Source: a virus (Duplodnaviria; Caudoviricetes). Taken from it: a stretch of DNA of 30,556 nt. The translations under genes were made by a program, and so were the position numbers. The notes under the pieces were generated by a model. The model did no database searches. It was not told the DNA's origin and saw nothing but the letters and a program-made list of their open reading frames with translations. The DNA is taken from IMG/VR virus record IMGVR_UViG_3300049725_000006, positions 1 to 30,556 of that record, one strand, 5' to 3'. Shown here piece by piece: positions 17,743-25,811 of this stretch (its first letter is position 1; each line of letters opens with the position of its first letter).

Positions 17743-17906
17743 AATCTCTCCTTATCTACTATGTCTAATATCGTTTCTGTTAGTACCTCAATTCCCCTTT
17801 TACAGAATTCCTCTTTTGTCATCCCGGGTTCAGGGATAAGTTTAACTCTGGCAATAACAGACTTACCGCAGAATACAGGTACGGTTATACTTCCGTCCTT
17901 ACTCAT
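17721..17906 (-). CDS. Small hypothetical protein
   Basis: 61 aa; overlaps both neighbours. Confidence 0.5.
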   Translation of the reverse strand: MSKDGSITVPVFCGKSVIARVKLIPEPGMTKEEFCKRGIEVLTETILDIVDKERLCGKIRI

Positions 17907-18532
17907 TTGCTGTCCTCGATAAACTGTCTTACCGTCTCCCTTGTGTATTTGTGATCAGCCATTTTAGCCAGTATGTCCGGCGGTATGGTGATAATGTGCG
18001 CTCCTGCAGTCGCCGCCCTCAAGACATCGCCCACAGAGCGTATAGAGCCTACTATAATCTGATTCCTATATTCCCAGCGTCTCAGCCATTCTACAGACTG
18101 AGATATAACAGCCTCCGGGAATCCACCCTCGTCTCCAATTCTACCAGCAAAGATGGAGATGTACGTAGCACCAACTTTAGCCGCTAACATAACTTGACCG
18201 AATGACATTACAGCAGTTGCATTAACGCGGATACCGCTCCGTTCTAATTGCTTGATAACGGTATAGGTCGGTTGACCGTATTGATTCTCTACAGGTATTT
18301 TTACCACAACATTAGGTGATAAGTCAGATATGTATTGCGCTTGTTGCAGCATCTCACTGAGGTCGTCTGTAGTGACCTCAAGGCTAACCGGCATGGGGAA
18401 GAGCGTATCTGCAAACTTCTTTAAGTCAAGATGCTGTTTCTTCAGGATAGTCGGATTAGTGGTTACGCCATCAATGATGCTTGACCACTTGACAATCTCA
18501 TTCATGTCTGCGGTATCAAGGAATATCTTCAT
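17903..18532 (-). CDS. tal: Transaldolase (short TalC/FSA family)
   Basis: FLDTAD, GVTTNPT, SLEV (Glu), NVVVKIP (Schiff-base Lys), SIFAGR (Phe). Glu plus Phe is the transaldolase rather than the FSA signature. Confidence 0.9.
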   Translation of the reverse strand: MKIFLDTADMNEIVKWSSIIDGVTTNPTILKKQHLDLKKFADTLFPMPVSLEVTTDDLSEMLQQAQYISDLSPNVVVKIPVENQYGQPTYTVIKQLERSGIRVNATAVMSFGQVMLAAKVGATYISIFAGRIGDEGGFPEAVISQSVEWLRRWEYRNQIIVGSIRSVGDVLRAATAGAHIITIPPDILAKMADHKYTRETVRQFIEDSK

Positions 18533-19410
18533 CCTTCCGCACTCTTGACCCCTACGCCCTCAGTAACGGATAATTCAATGACATTAGCTGGCTTTTCTTC
18601 GGCCTTGCGTTTGGCCTCTATTTCAGCTAGAATTGTCTTTTGGTGCTCAAGCACATCTTTGACTTCATAAATCCGCTGGCCAATATGCCCTAACCATATC
18701 CGGGTGTCCGCGGCGGGCTTAGCGCCCATGAGCCGGGCTTTATTACAGAATTCATAATCCTCAGATAGCCACAGATATGCCTCTCCGTCTAGTCCACAGT
18801 GATCTTCGAAGAATGGATAGGACTCTAAACTCGTTCCTATGTTCATTAACGGCATACCTGTCCTAGTATGTGGTAAACCATCCGGTGTGGTATAGCAGAA
18901 TGGAATCTCGTCAACCATTTTCTGAAGTAGTCTGCGGGTTATCATCCCAAACCCGGTAGCAAGCCACTTGACCTCATGTGTAGTACCGTCAATGGCCAGA
19001 TCGCCTTTGTCTAATCCGAAGGATGTGAGATGTGTACCGTCTTTAACCGGATACAGACCGCCTACTAAGTCCCAGCCGTTCTTGTAATCCTCAATGAACT
19101 TATCTATGTAGTCTGGATTAAAGATTAGATCGCGGTCAAGACAGATCATAACTTCACTGCGGTTATTCTTCAGGAAGGCAGTACTCAAGACATTCCGAGT
19201 CCGTGCATATCCTCCGGCTCCCCTAATGTCCCAGATGAACTTGTAGCCTCTACCGAACAGGTTCATAACACAGGATATAGTAGGAATGGCGATGTCTGAC
19301 TCTGCATTGGTGACGATTACAAAGTCAACCTTTTCTTCGGGTTTAATGTTTTGTGCATCGGTGACAGCCTGTGATAGTTCCTCATTGTTTGTTTTAATTT
19401 CTGTTGTCAA
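18529..19410 (-). CDS. GT-A fold (GT2-like) glycosyltransferase
   Basis: RTRNVL...ICLDRD (DxD), VGGLYP.K, ATGFGMITR, LSEDYEFC, LGHIG; TTG start with SD. Confidence 0.8.
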   Translation of the reverse strand: MTTEIKTNNEELSQAVTDAQNIKPEEKVDFVIVTNAESDIAIPTISCVMNLFGRGYKFIWDIRGAGGYARTRNVLSTAFLKNNRSEVMICLDRDLIFNPDYIDKFIEDYKNGWDLVGGLYPVKDGTHLTSFGLDKGDLAIDGTTHEVKWLATGFGMITRRLLQKMVDEIPFCYTTPDGLPHTRTGMPLMNIGTSLESYPFFEDHCGLDGEAYLWLSEDYEFCNKARLMGAKPAADTRIWLGHIGQRIYEVKDVLEHQKTILAEIEAKRKAEEKPANVIELSVTEGVGVKSAEG

Positions 19411-19421
19411 TTTTCTCTCCC

Positions 19422-19592
19422 TTAACTTATCCCTTCATCTATAATAGTTAGTTGCCTATCTATGGAAAGCACATCTCCTTTAATTAAGCGATACGTTCTT
19501 TTCCCGTCCTTCCCTCGGCATACCAAAACAGCTTCACCACTTGTTACTTTGAAGTGTATCGGTTTTAAGTTTAATAACCTTTTCGTTACCAT
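19422..19592 (-). CDS. Small hypothetical protein (56 aa, not in ORF track)
   Basis: AAGGAG SD; MVTKRLLNLKPIHFKVTSGEAVLVCRGKDGKRTYRLIKGDVLSIDRQLTIIDEGIS. Confidence 0.55.
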   Translation of the reverse strand: MVTKRLLNLKPIHFKVTSGEAVLVCRGKDGKRTYRLIKGDVLSIDRQLTIIDEGIS

Positions 19593-19603
19593 TTTTTCTC
19601 CTT

Positions 19604-19801
19604 CTACGGTTTTACACCCAAAATAAAATGAATATTATCTATTTCAGAAAGATGTAGCGCCCACTCTTCAATTCCGTTTCTAAAGAAAATCATATCCCCT
19701 TCAGTGGTTCGTTCATCAAAATAGATAGTCTCCCCATGAACCATTGTGTTGGCTGCAACCAAACGTCCTTTTTTGTAAATTATTATTGCCTTACCTTCCA
19801 T
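19604..19801 (-). CDS. Small hypothetical protein
   Basis: 65 aa with AAGGAG SD. Confidence 0.6.
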   Translation of the reverse strand: MEGKAIIIYKKGRLVAANTMVHGETIYFDERTTEGDMIFFRNGIEEWALHLSEIDNIHFILGVKP

Positions 19802-19810
19802 ACTCTCTCC

Positions 19811-20488
19811 TTATACTTTTACTGCTAATCTTAACGCTTCTCTCTTGAATCCAGCTTCCTCAAACCATTTGTCTATTTCCTCCTTATAATCAAAGTGCAT
19901 CGGGTGATCGGTAGGGTGATTCTCAAACATATCAACATGATAGATTTCAGTACCGGGCTTCATTACCTTTCCCCACTCTATTAGAACCTCTTTAAGGTTA
20001 GGCAGATGCTCCAGTACGTCTATTGCCACTACCAGATTAAACTCAGCTAAGTCCGGGCAAGTATCCGTGAACGACACACTTCCTATATTGAATTGGAATC
20101 TCTGCTGTCTGAACTTACAGAAGTCAAGGCACATCTTGTTAATTTCATAGCCTGTAACATGATTATATTGTGCTAAATAAAGGGATGAAGTCCCTATGCC
20201 ACAGCCGAAGTCCAGTATTCTTAGGTTTTTAACATCATCTATCGGCCAGAAGTGCTCTTCCCACCATGTAGGTCTTGAATGAAACGAAATCTCATCTATA
20301 AACTGGCTCATGCCAGTGTTCTTGTAAAAGTCCTCAACACTACCAGAACGGTTATTCCACTCAGTAGCATTATTCAGCCATGGTTTATCTTCTGCTAGCG
20401 CGTACAGTTCGTCAGGCGTCATCTTCAGGTAATCTACAGCGTCTTGCCATAGCAGCTTAACCCAATCTTGCCTTGTCTCCTTATCCAT
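19811..20488 (-). CDS. Class I SAM-dependent methyltransferase
   Basis: ILDFGCGIG, VTGYEIN, DVLEHL, MKPG; AAGGAG SD supports the start at 20488. Confidence 0.9.
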   Translation of the reverse strand: MDKETRQDWVKLLWQDAVDYLKMTPDELYALAEDKPWLNNATEWNNRSGSVEDFYKNTGMSQFIDEISFHSRPTWWEEHFWPIDDVKNLRILDFGCGIGTSSLYLAQYNHVTGYEINKMCLDFCKFRQQRFQFNIGSVSFTDTCPDLAEFNLVVAIDVLEHLPNLKEVLIEWGKVMKPGTEIYHVDMFENHPTDHPMHFDYKEEIDKWFEEAGFKREALRLAVKV

Positions 20489-20495
20489 AAACTCC

Positions 20496-20867
20496 TTATC
20501 TGAAGTAAAGGTACACAATACCGTTTGTAGCGTTGCCCGCACCTGAAACATTGATATTCAGGACACTGGCAGCAGCACCAGCCATGACAGAGCCATTGAC
20601 ATATTGGGTAGCAACATTAGAACGCAGTAGCAATCCACCCAGTGCAATATCAACACTGTCGCTATCCTTGATAGTCACATTATATTGATTAGCTGGCGTT
20701 CCGGCCCCCGGAACCGTAATAGCGCCCATCAGTTGACCATCATAGGCATAGGTAGTTGTCTTGCTACAAGTGCCATTAGCATCATCTGACAACCAGACTG
20801 CCTTGATTTTCTTAATTGACCCGGATGTAGTATAAGTTTCTGTAAAAGACATCGATGAGTTAGCCAT
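20496..20867 (-). CDS. Putative head-associated structural protein
   Basis: Small beta-rich Ser/Thr/Asn-rich protein downstream of the capsid gene. Confidence 0.55.
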   Translation of the reverse strand: MANSSMSFTETYTTSGSIKKIKAVWLSDDANGTCSKTTTYAYDGQLMGAITVPGAGTPANQYNVTIKDSDSVDIALGGLLLRSNVATQYVNGSVMAGAAASVLNINVSGAGNATNGIVYLYFR

Positions 20868-20881
20868 ATTTCACCTCTTAA

Positions 20882-21457
20882 TTAAGTTGCGATTGAGTAA
20901 ACCATTGTAGGATAGACTGTTCCACTGATAGCATTGGTAACAATAAAATTGAACGTCTTAGCAGTGTTCGTATTGATACCCACATTACCAAGTAGTGTCC
21001 ATTGAGTATTAGCATCAGCACCGATTACGATAGCCTGAGCAGAGGCCGGCGCGACTCGATAGACATGGGTGAATGTCGTGCCGTTGATGTAATTGGGGAT
21101 TGCCGCTACTACCTGTGCTACTGTGGGCAGTATAGCCGTACAATTTACAGTTGGCACATCAGAGGTAAACCCGCCTAACAACTGGGCTACGGTCATAGTA
21201 TAGTTAGTGGCCGTTGTTAGTGAAGTGATCGTTGTAACATAATACGGTTGAATATTGGATACCAGCGTACCTGTAACGGTTAGCTTTGTAGTATTAGATG
21301 CTGCAACCGTCTCTGACGTGATTGTTGCCGTTGTCAGTTGGGCATTAGCGATTGTGGGCGAAGCTGTCGGTAGTACGCTGGAGCCATCCCACGTAAGGAC
21401 ATCATTTTTTGTTGCCCCAATGACTTCATGTTTTGTTTTATCGTCATGATGATACAT
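20882..21457 (-). CDS. Putative capsid decoration protein (paralog of 21642..22127)
   Basis: Shares LTTATNYTMTVAQLLGG...DVPTVNCTA.LPTVAQVVA...SAQAI...QWT with the upstream gene. Confidence 0.6.
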   Translation of the reverse strand: MYHHDDKTKHEVIGATKNDVLTWDGSSVLPTASPTIANAQLTTATITSETVAASNTTKLTVTGTLVSNIQPYYVTTITSLTTATNYTMTVAQLLGGFTSDVPTVNCTAILPTVAQVVAAIPNYINGTTFTHVYRVAPASAQAIVIGADANTQWTLLGNVGINTNTAKTFNFIVTNAISGTVYPTMVYSIAT

Positions 21458-21488
21458 ATTTACACCTCTAAAGGATTAATTTCTAAGT

Positions 21489-21565
21489 TGGTTGCGGATA
21501 ATGGGAGTCGCACCCACTGTCTCCGGCTTCCGGGGCCGGCGTAGAAACTGTTTTACCCATCCACA
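21489..21565 (-). tRNA. Non-canonical tRNA-like element (nominal anticodon CGG, encoded CCA)
   Basis: TGTGGATG/TATCCGCA acceptor plus A-CCA; anticodon arm CCGGC-CCCGGAA-GCCGG; T arm GTGGG-TGCGACT-CCCAT; degenerate D arm. Confidence 0.65.
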
Positions 21566-21570
21566 ATAGT

Positions 21571-21602
21571 GCCTCCTGCCGAAAGGAGTAACGGCAGGAG
21601 GC
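21571..21602 (-). promoter_or_regulatory. Perfect 11 bp hairpin directly 5' of the tRNA-like element
   Basis: GCCTCCTGCCG-[TTACTCCTTT]-CGGCAGGAGGC on the minus strand; no U-tract. Confidence 0.6.
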
Positions 21603-21641
21603 TAAGGAGAGAAAGCCGTTCCTTGCTGAAGGGAACGCCCC

Positions 21642-22127
21642 TTAAGTCGCTGAAACAGCAGCCGAAGCGAAGTACACACCCGTGTTTGCAGCGGTGATCA
21701 TAAATTCAAACGTCTTGCAAACATTAGTGTTGACAGTAACATTACCGATTGCAGTCCATTGAGAACTTGCGTCTGCCTGGATTGCGATAGCCTGTGCTGA
21801 ACCGGGTACACAGCGGTAGATATGATTGAATGTAGTACCAACAAGATAGCCGGGGATAACTGCCACGACCTGCGCTACAGTGGGTAGAACCGCAGTACAG
21901 TTTACGGTGGGGACGTCTTGAGTATAACCACCCAAAAGCTGCGCTACTGTCATTGTGTAGTTTGTTGCTGTGGTTAGATTAGTGACATTAGCATAAGCAT
22001 AGGGGCCACAGCCCAATACGGTAGGTGTATTAGTGTTGAAAACCATTGATCCAGAGCCGGAGGCATTGGCAGTAAACACTAAGTTACCGCTTGAGTCCCA
22101 GTCTGATTTAAGATTAGTTTTTGCCAT
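21642..22127 (-). CDS. Putative capsid decoration protein
   Basis: Post-capsid position, beta-rich, paralog of 20882..21457. Confidence 0.6.
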   Translation of the reverse strand: MAKTNLKSDWDSSGNLVFTANASGSGSMVFNTNTPTVLGCGPYAYANVTNLTTATNYTMTVAQLLGGYTQDVPTVNCTAVLPTVAQVVAVIPGYLVGTTFNHIYRCVPGSAQAIAIQADASSQWTAIGNVTVNTNVCKTFEFMITAANTGVYFASAAVSAT

Positions 22128-22224
22128 AATCGACCTCTAAGTTATTTTTATTCCGTGCCTGCGCTTTGTTACGGGAACGGTTACCCCGTGTCTCTAGTGG
22201 GTCAAGGATAGCGCGGTGAAGTGG

Positions 22225-22250
22225 GGGAGCGGATAAAGACTTCCGCTCCC
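22225..22250 (-). terminator. Hairpin after the first post-capsid gene (weak terminator or mRNA stabiliser)
   Basis: GGGAGCGGA/TCCGCTCCC 9 bp stem; no clear U-tract. Confidence 0.45.
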
Positions 22251-22265
22251 TGCGCTTCTTAATCA

Positions 22266-22766
22266 TTAGGCTACCACTGTAGCCATATTTGCGGAGGCTT
22301 CAGGATACCGCGCATCACTCAGGATGACAATATAAGCGCCGAGGTTAGTTGTACCATTTGCGCCTACGTTGGCAGCTACATAGTGATAGTTAGACCCTAA
22401 GTCTTGCCCGAGTACCTCAACAACCGTCACACTACCTGTTGGGTAGGTTGTATTGCTGACAGTGATACCGGTATTGGTAGCAGCGGACAAGGTAACGTTG
22501 GCCTCAACATAAGCCGCTGTGCCATTGGTAACAGCGTAATTAAAGGCCATCGCCGTATTGACGTTGCCTGAACCAGCCGCACCCGCCGCGTTGCCCTTGT
22601 ACATGACAATATTACGCGGACCATCCAGAGCGCCATACAGGAATATGAAAGTAGCTTTCTGGTAGGTATCGAGTTTTACGGGCTGGGTGACGGAGTAGAC
22701 AGAACCGATGTTCTTCGGGGATAGAACGGAAACGATTTTTGTTCGTTCACTTAAATATGAACCCAT
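22266..22766 (-). CDS. Putative capsid cement/decoration protein
   Basis: Immediately after the major capsid gene; beta-rich, ends ...ILSDARYP. Confidence 0.6.
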   Translation of the reverse strand: MGSYLSERTKIVSVLSPKNIGSVYSVTQPVKLDTYQKATFIFLYGALDGPRNIVMYKGNAAGAAGSGNVNTAMAFNYAVTNGTAAYVEANVTLSAATNTGITVSNTTYPTGSVTVVEVLGQDLGSNYHYVAANVGANGTTNLGAYIVILSDARYPEASANMATVVA

Positions 22767-22799
22767 TTTATTTTACCTCTTAAAGATTAATTATTGTTA

Positions 22800-24053
22800 C
22801 TAGGCGGCTAAAGTAACGAAAGCGGACAACGTCGACCCACCGTTGTTAGGAGTAAGAGCAGAATCGATCCAAGGGGCTCCATCAAGACGCTCAATCACTC
22901 TGAAAGCCGTCATATCGGTAGCAAAGGCTACATGCTCGGATGACGAAAGAGTTAAGGACATTCTGTCACCGATAATGTAGTAGTTGAAGTCTGCCAGTAA
23001 CAAATCACCAGCAGTTCCCAAGTCAGCCATCTTTTCTGAGATGACTAGCGGTCTACCGAATATTGTCATCGGGAAGTCTTGAGCCGCTGATTGTCCGGGG
23101 ATGTTAGCGATAAACACGCCATTACCACCAGTACCAACCGCCAGGCTCATATTCAGGATGTCACCTAACGCACCGGGAGAGCAAACCCAAACAGCCCTCT
23201 TATATGAAGACGGGAACAGTCTGACTTGCATATTGCGGATGTCATCGTATTTGATGTGTGAAGTTGTGGTACGGGTTGCGGAGATAAGACAAGGCGAGTT
23301 CATGATACCGATTACTTGTCCAGCGCCCTTCGCCCATATCATGTCATGGTCTTCAAAGAAGCCAAGACCCTCACGAAGTAGATTGCCCAGTAGTGGGGCG
23401 ATAGAGATTGGTGAGTCTGCCAGAAGTTCGTTGGATACAGAAACATAATCCGTAAACTTCTTGGCAATTAGCTGCATTTGTCCAAAGGCCGGGTCACCAG
23501 TACCAAGAGTACCGGCTTCAGCCGTCCATGTCCCCTTGATACCGCCATGCACGGTTGTTGCGTGCGTGGTGTCTACAATACGGGGATACCACAGAGTATC
23601 GGTTGCCATTGGTACAACTTGCGCGCGAGGCCGTACAACCTGGTCTTCGATGATGAGTTTCAATAGTTCCGGCTTGAATTCATAAGGAACTAAAAACCCG
23701 CCTGTAGAACCTTGTACCTCACCAAGCGCCTTAGCGACTGGTTCCGGGACTCCCATGTTGTGTTCCCGCATATAGACGGCCTTACCAAAGCCCGCTAGTC
23801 CGCGAGTTGTTTCCGCAGTCATGCCCCTGGTGTCACCCGGCATTTGTCCGGGCGCTAACGCCTTATACATAGCGAGCGCATCAGCCGGCTTGACTTCTTG
23901 AGCTGGGGTGAAAGTTCTGGTCTCTGCCAGTGATTTTTTGAGTTCTACTAATTTTGCATCCACGTAAGCATTGGATTCAGGACTAAGATACGGCTTAAGT
24001 TCAGTCGCTAAAGCCTGTAATTCCTCCGCTTTTGTTTTTACTTGTTCTGCCAT
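22800..24053 (-). CDS. Major capsid protein, HK97 fold
   Basis: STGGFLVPYEF, WTAEAG, VSNELLADS, TIFGRPLVISE, TAFRVIERLDG; GGAGG SD supports the ATG at 24053. Confidence 0.95.
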   Translation of the reverse strand: MAEQVKTKAEELQALATELKPYLSPESNAYVDAKLVELKKSLAETRTFTPAQEVKPADALAMYKALAPGQMPGDTRGMTAETTRGLAGFGKAVYMREHNMGVPEPVAKALGEVQGSTGGFLVPYEFKPELLKLIIEDQVVRPRAQVVPMATDTLWYPRIVDTTHATTVHGGIKGTWTAEAGTLGTGDPAFGQMQLIAKKFTDYVSVSNELLADSPISIAPLLGNLLREGLGFFEDHDMIWAKGAGQVIGIMNSPCLISATRTTTSHIKYDDIRNMQVRLFPSSYKRAVWVCSPGALGDILNMSLAVGTGGNGVFIANIPGQSAAQDFPMTIFGRPLVISEKMADLGTAGDLLLADFNYYIIGDRMSLTLSSSEHVAFATDMTAFRVIERLDGAPWIDSALTPNNGGSTLSAFVTLAA

Positions 24054-24068
24054 AAAATCCTCCAAGAT

Positions 24069-25178
24069 TTACTTGTTCAATATTCGATTAATTCTTTCTT
24101 GTACCTCACTAACTTGTGGGGTATTTATAGTTTCAGGTATGTCGTTACCTGTAAGACGTCTTAGTTCAATCATGTTGTCATTAGAGAGTCCGCAGTTGGC
24201 TACAGCGCATTTCAGTTCGTCAATAATGTCTGACAGTTGCGCTTGGCTGTATTGTTTTGGTTTATTCTCTGCAACAGTTGGGTCGTAATCGAGTTCAACT
24301 ATTGGAGCGTTTTTAATATCTTCAATCAAATCTGCCAATCCGCTTGACTTGGCTATTCTGGCGGCTTCTGCATTCATGGGAATAGGAGCAAATGACCATT
24401 CAAGCATCTCCCACTTCTTGTAGTCAGTCCCGCCCTTTTCGTTAGTTTCATATTCAATGGGGTTAAAACCAATGGAGGCTGTATTGATAAATCCCTTATC
24501 CCATGCGTTCTTGACTCTCTGGGCAAATTCATCACCTTCAAGGAAGATAGGTGGCCCAGCAAGAATTCCCTCAGGTGTTACCTTGAGATAAGAGTTCTTG
24601 GCAACCGGTAAACCTGCGGAGGGTGTTTTCCCGCTATAGTCATGAATCCACATAATGACAGGGTTTTTCAGATAGTTAGTTAAATCACCACCTTCCGGCA
24701 TTATACGATCACATCCCCTGTCGAAGTTGGGAGTAGTGATTAAAATCTCCTGCTTACCATCTAAGCCCTTGCGAACAGTAATAGGAGACGCGAATCGCTT
24801 TGTAACCAACTCTTTAGTGGTTTTCATAATGGGAACCTCCGGTAATGACATATTTTGGTCAGTATCGCCTGCTAACTTCATTAAGGCTGAATGAACTGTA
24901 AAATATCCTTTAGTTGGGTCAGCAGTCAATTCACGATACTCATTTAACTCGTGGTTACAGTCTTCCTTGGTTACCGAATCAGTATCTTTATTCATTAGAA
25001 CTTCATTATCCTTAATGCCGCTAAGATTATCAGGGTCAAGGATTTTAGCAGCCGCAGGATTTAAGGCAGCGTAGTCATAGAGTGTATCCGCTCCAACCAC
25101 ACGGATAGTTAAGCCATTGAAAACAGCGCCTTGCTCAACCTTGCTGTCTCCGACATAATCTATAAGTTGAATAGGCAT
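24069..25178 (-). CDS. HK97-type prohead protease with N-terminal HExxE extension
   Basis: DRGCDRI...YLKNPVIMWIHDY...ASIGF.P...EMLEWSFAPIPMNAEA; ~117 aa extra N-terminal domain. Confidence 0.88.
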   Translation of the reverse strand: MPIQLIDYVGDSKVEQGAVFNGLTIRVVGADTLYDYAALNPAAAKILDPDNLSGIKDNEVLMNKDTDSVTKEDCNHELNEYRELTADPTKGYFTVHSALMKLAGDTDQNMSLPEVPIMKTTKELVTKRFASPITVRKGLDGKQEILITTPNFDRGCDRIMPEGGDLTNYLKNPVIMWIHDYSGKTPSAGLPVAKNSYLKVTPEGILAGPPIFLEGDEFAQRVKNAWDKGFINTASIGFNPIEYETNEKGGTDYKKWEMLEWSFAPIPMNAEAARIAKSSGLADLIEDIKNAPIVELDYDPTVAENKPKQYSQAQLSDIIDELKCAVANCGLSNDNMIELRRLTGNDIPETINTPQVSEVQERINRILNK

Positions 25179-25187
25179 TTAAGCCTC

Positions 25188-25811
25188 CTAATTGACAACT
25201 GGCATCCAAATACAGCGGCATTGGGGATGAGTGCTTGCAGGTAGTGGAGGCGCCTCATTGATGTTTTCTATATCGCCATCCATTGGGTCGCAAATCTCAC
25301 AAGTCCGTTCATCTCTCGCCGTCAGCCATTCTACTTGAGTAACGCCGGCCTCTTTATAGCCTAAGATGTTGCCTTGATTACTAGCACCCAGTATTTCAGT
25401 TCGTGCGATCATCTGCGCCCTTGAGTCGCTTGCATCGGTAAACACGCCCTGAACTCTCTCGGCAATCTTGTCTATTGACTCGCCATTGTTAAAGCCGTCT
25501 GCCAGTGCCTGTGCTAATGCTTGTGACATTGTTTCCGTAACTTGCTCCGCAGCCCAGCCGATATGTGTCTTCAGCCATTCCAAAGCCTTTTGATTGAGTA
25601 ATGGAGGAATATAAGGCTCATCTTTGTGTGGAGTGATGGGACTGACTAAATCAAGCCCGTTTCGACAAGAGTTAAAGATGACTTTGGTTAATACGGGTGT
25701 AACGGCCTGCTCGAACTGTTTCTTGGCCTTTGTAACGTCTAATAGCTTGTGGTTACGGTTTACAGCGGTCTGTGCTGCACGTACAGCCTCTCTAGCCTGT
25801 AAGCTATACAT
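25188..25811 (-). CDS. Phage head morphogenesis protein (SPP1 gp7/MuF family)
   Basis: RAQMIARTE, EWLTARDERTCEIC, HPQCRC. The frame is open upstream to the A9 run at 25912-25920. Confidence 0.92.
   Translation of the reverse strand: MYSLQAREAVRAAQTAVNRNHKLLDVTKAKKQFEQAVTPVLTKVIFNSCRNGLDLVSPITPHKDEPYIPPLLNQKALEWLKTHIGWAAEQVTETMSQALAQALADGFNNGESIDKIAERVQGVFTDASDSRAQMIARTEILGASNQGNILGYKEAGVTQVEWLTARDERTCEICDPMDGDIENINEAPPLPASTHPQCRCIWMPVVN

Noticed and set aside
13604-20488. Host LPS/capsule island interrupting a prophage, or a DNA hypermodification cluster
   Set aside because: No transport or polymerase genes, mobile-element ends or nucleotide-modifying enzymes, and the genes are tightly packed with structural genes. 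Disfavoured but not formally excluded.
20882-22127. Template/variable repeat pair of a diversity-generating retroelement
   Set aside because: Both copies are full ORFs, differences are not adenine-specific, and no reverse transcriptase is present.
4939-24562. Nested minus-strand ORFs (4939, 7291, 9542, 22427, 24374)
   Set aside because: Alternative frames inside longer genes, with no protein-like features.
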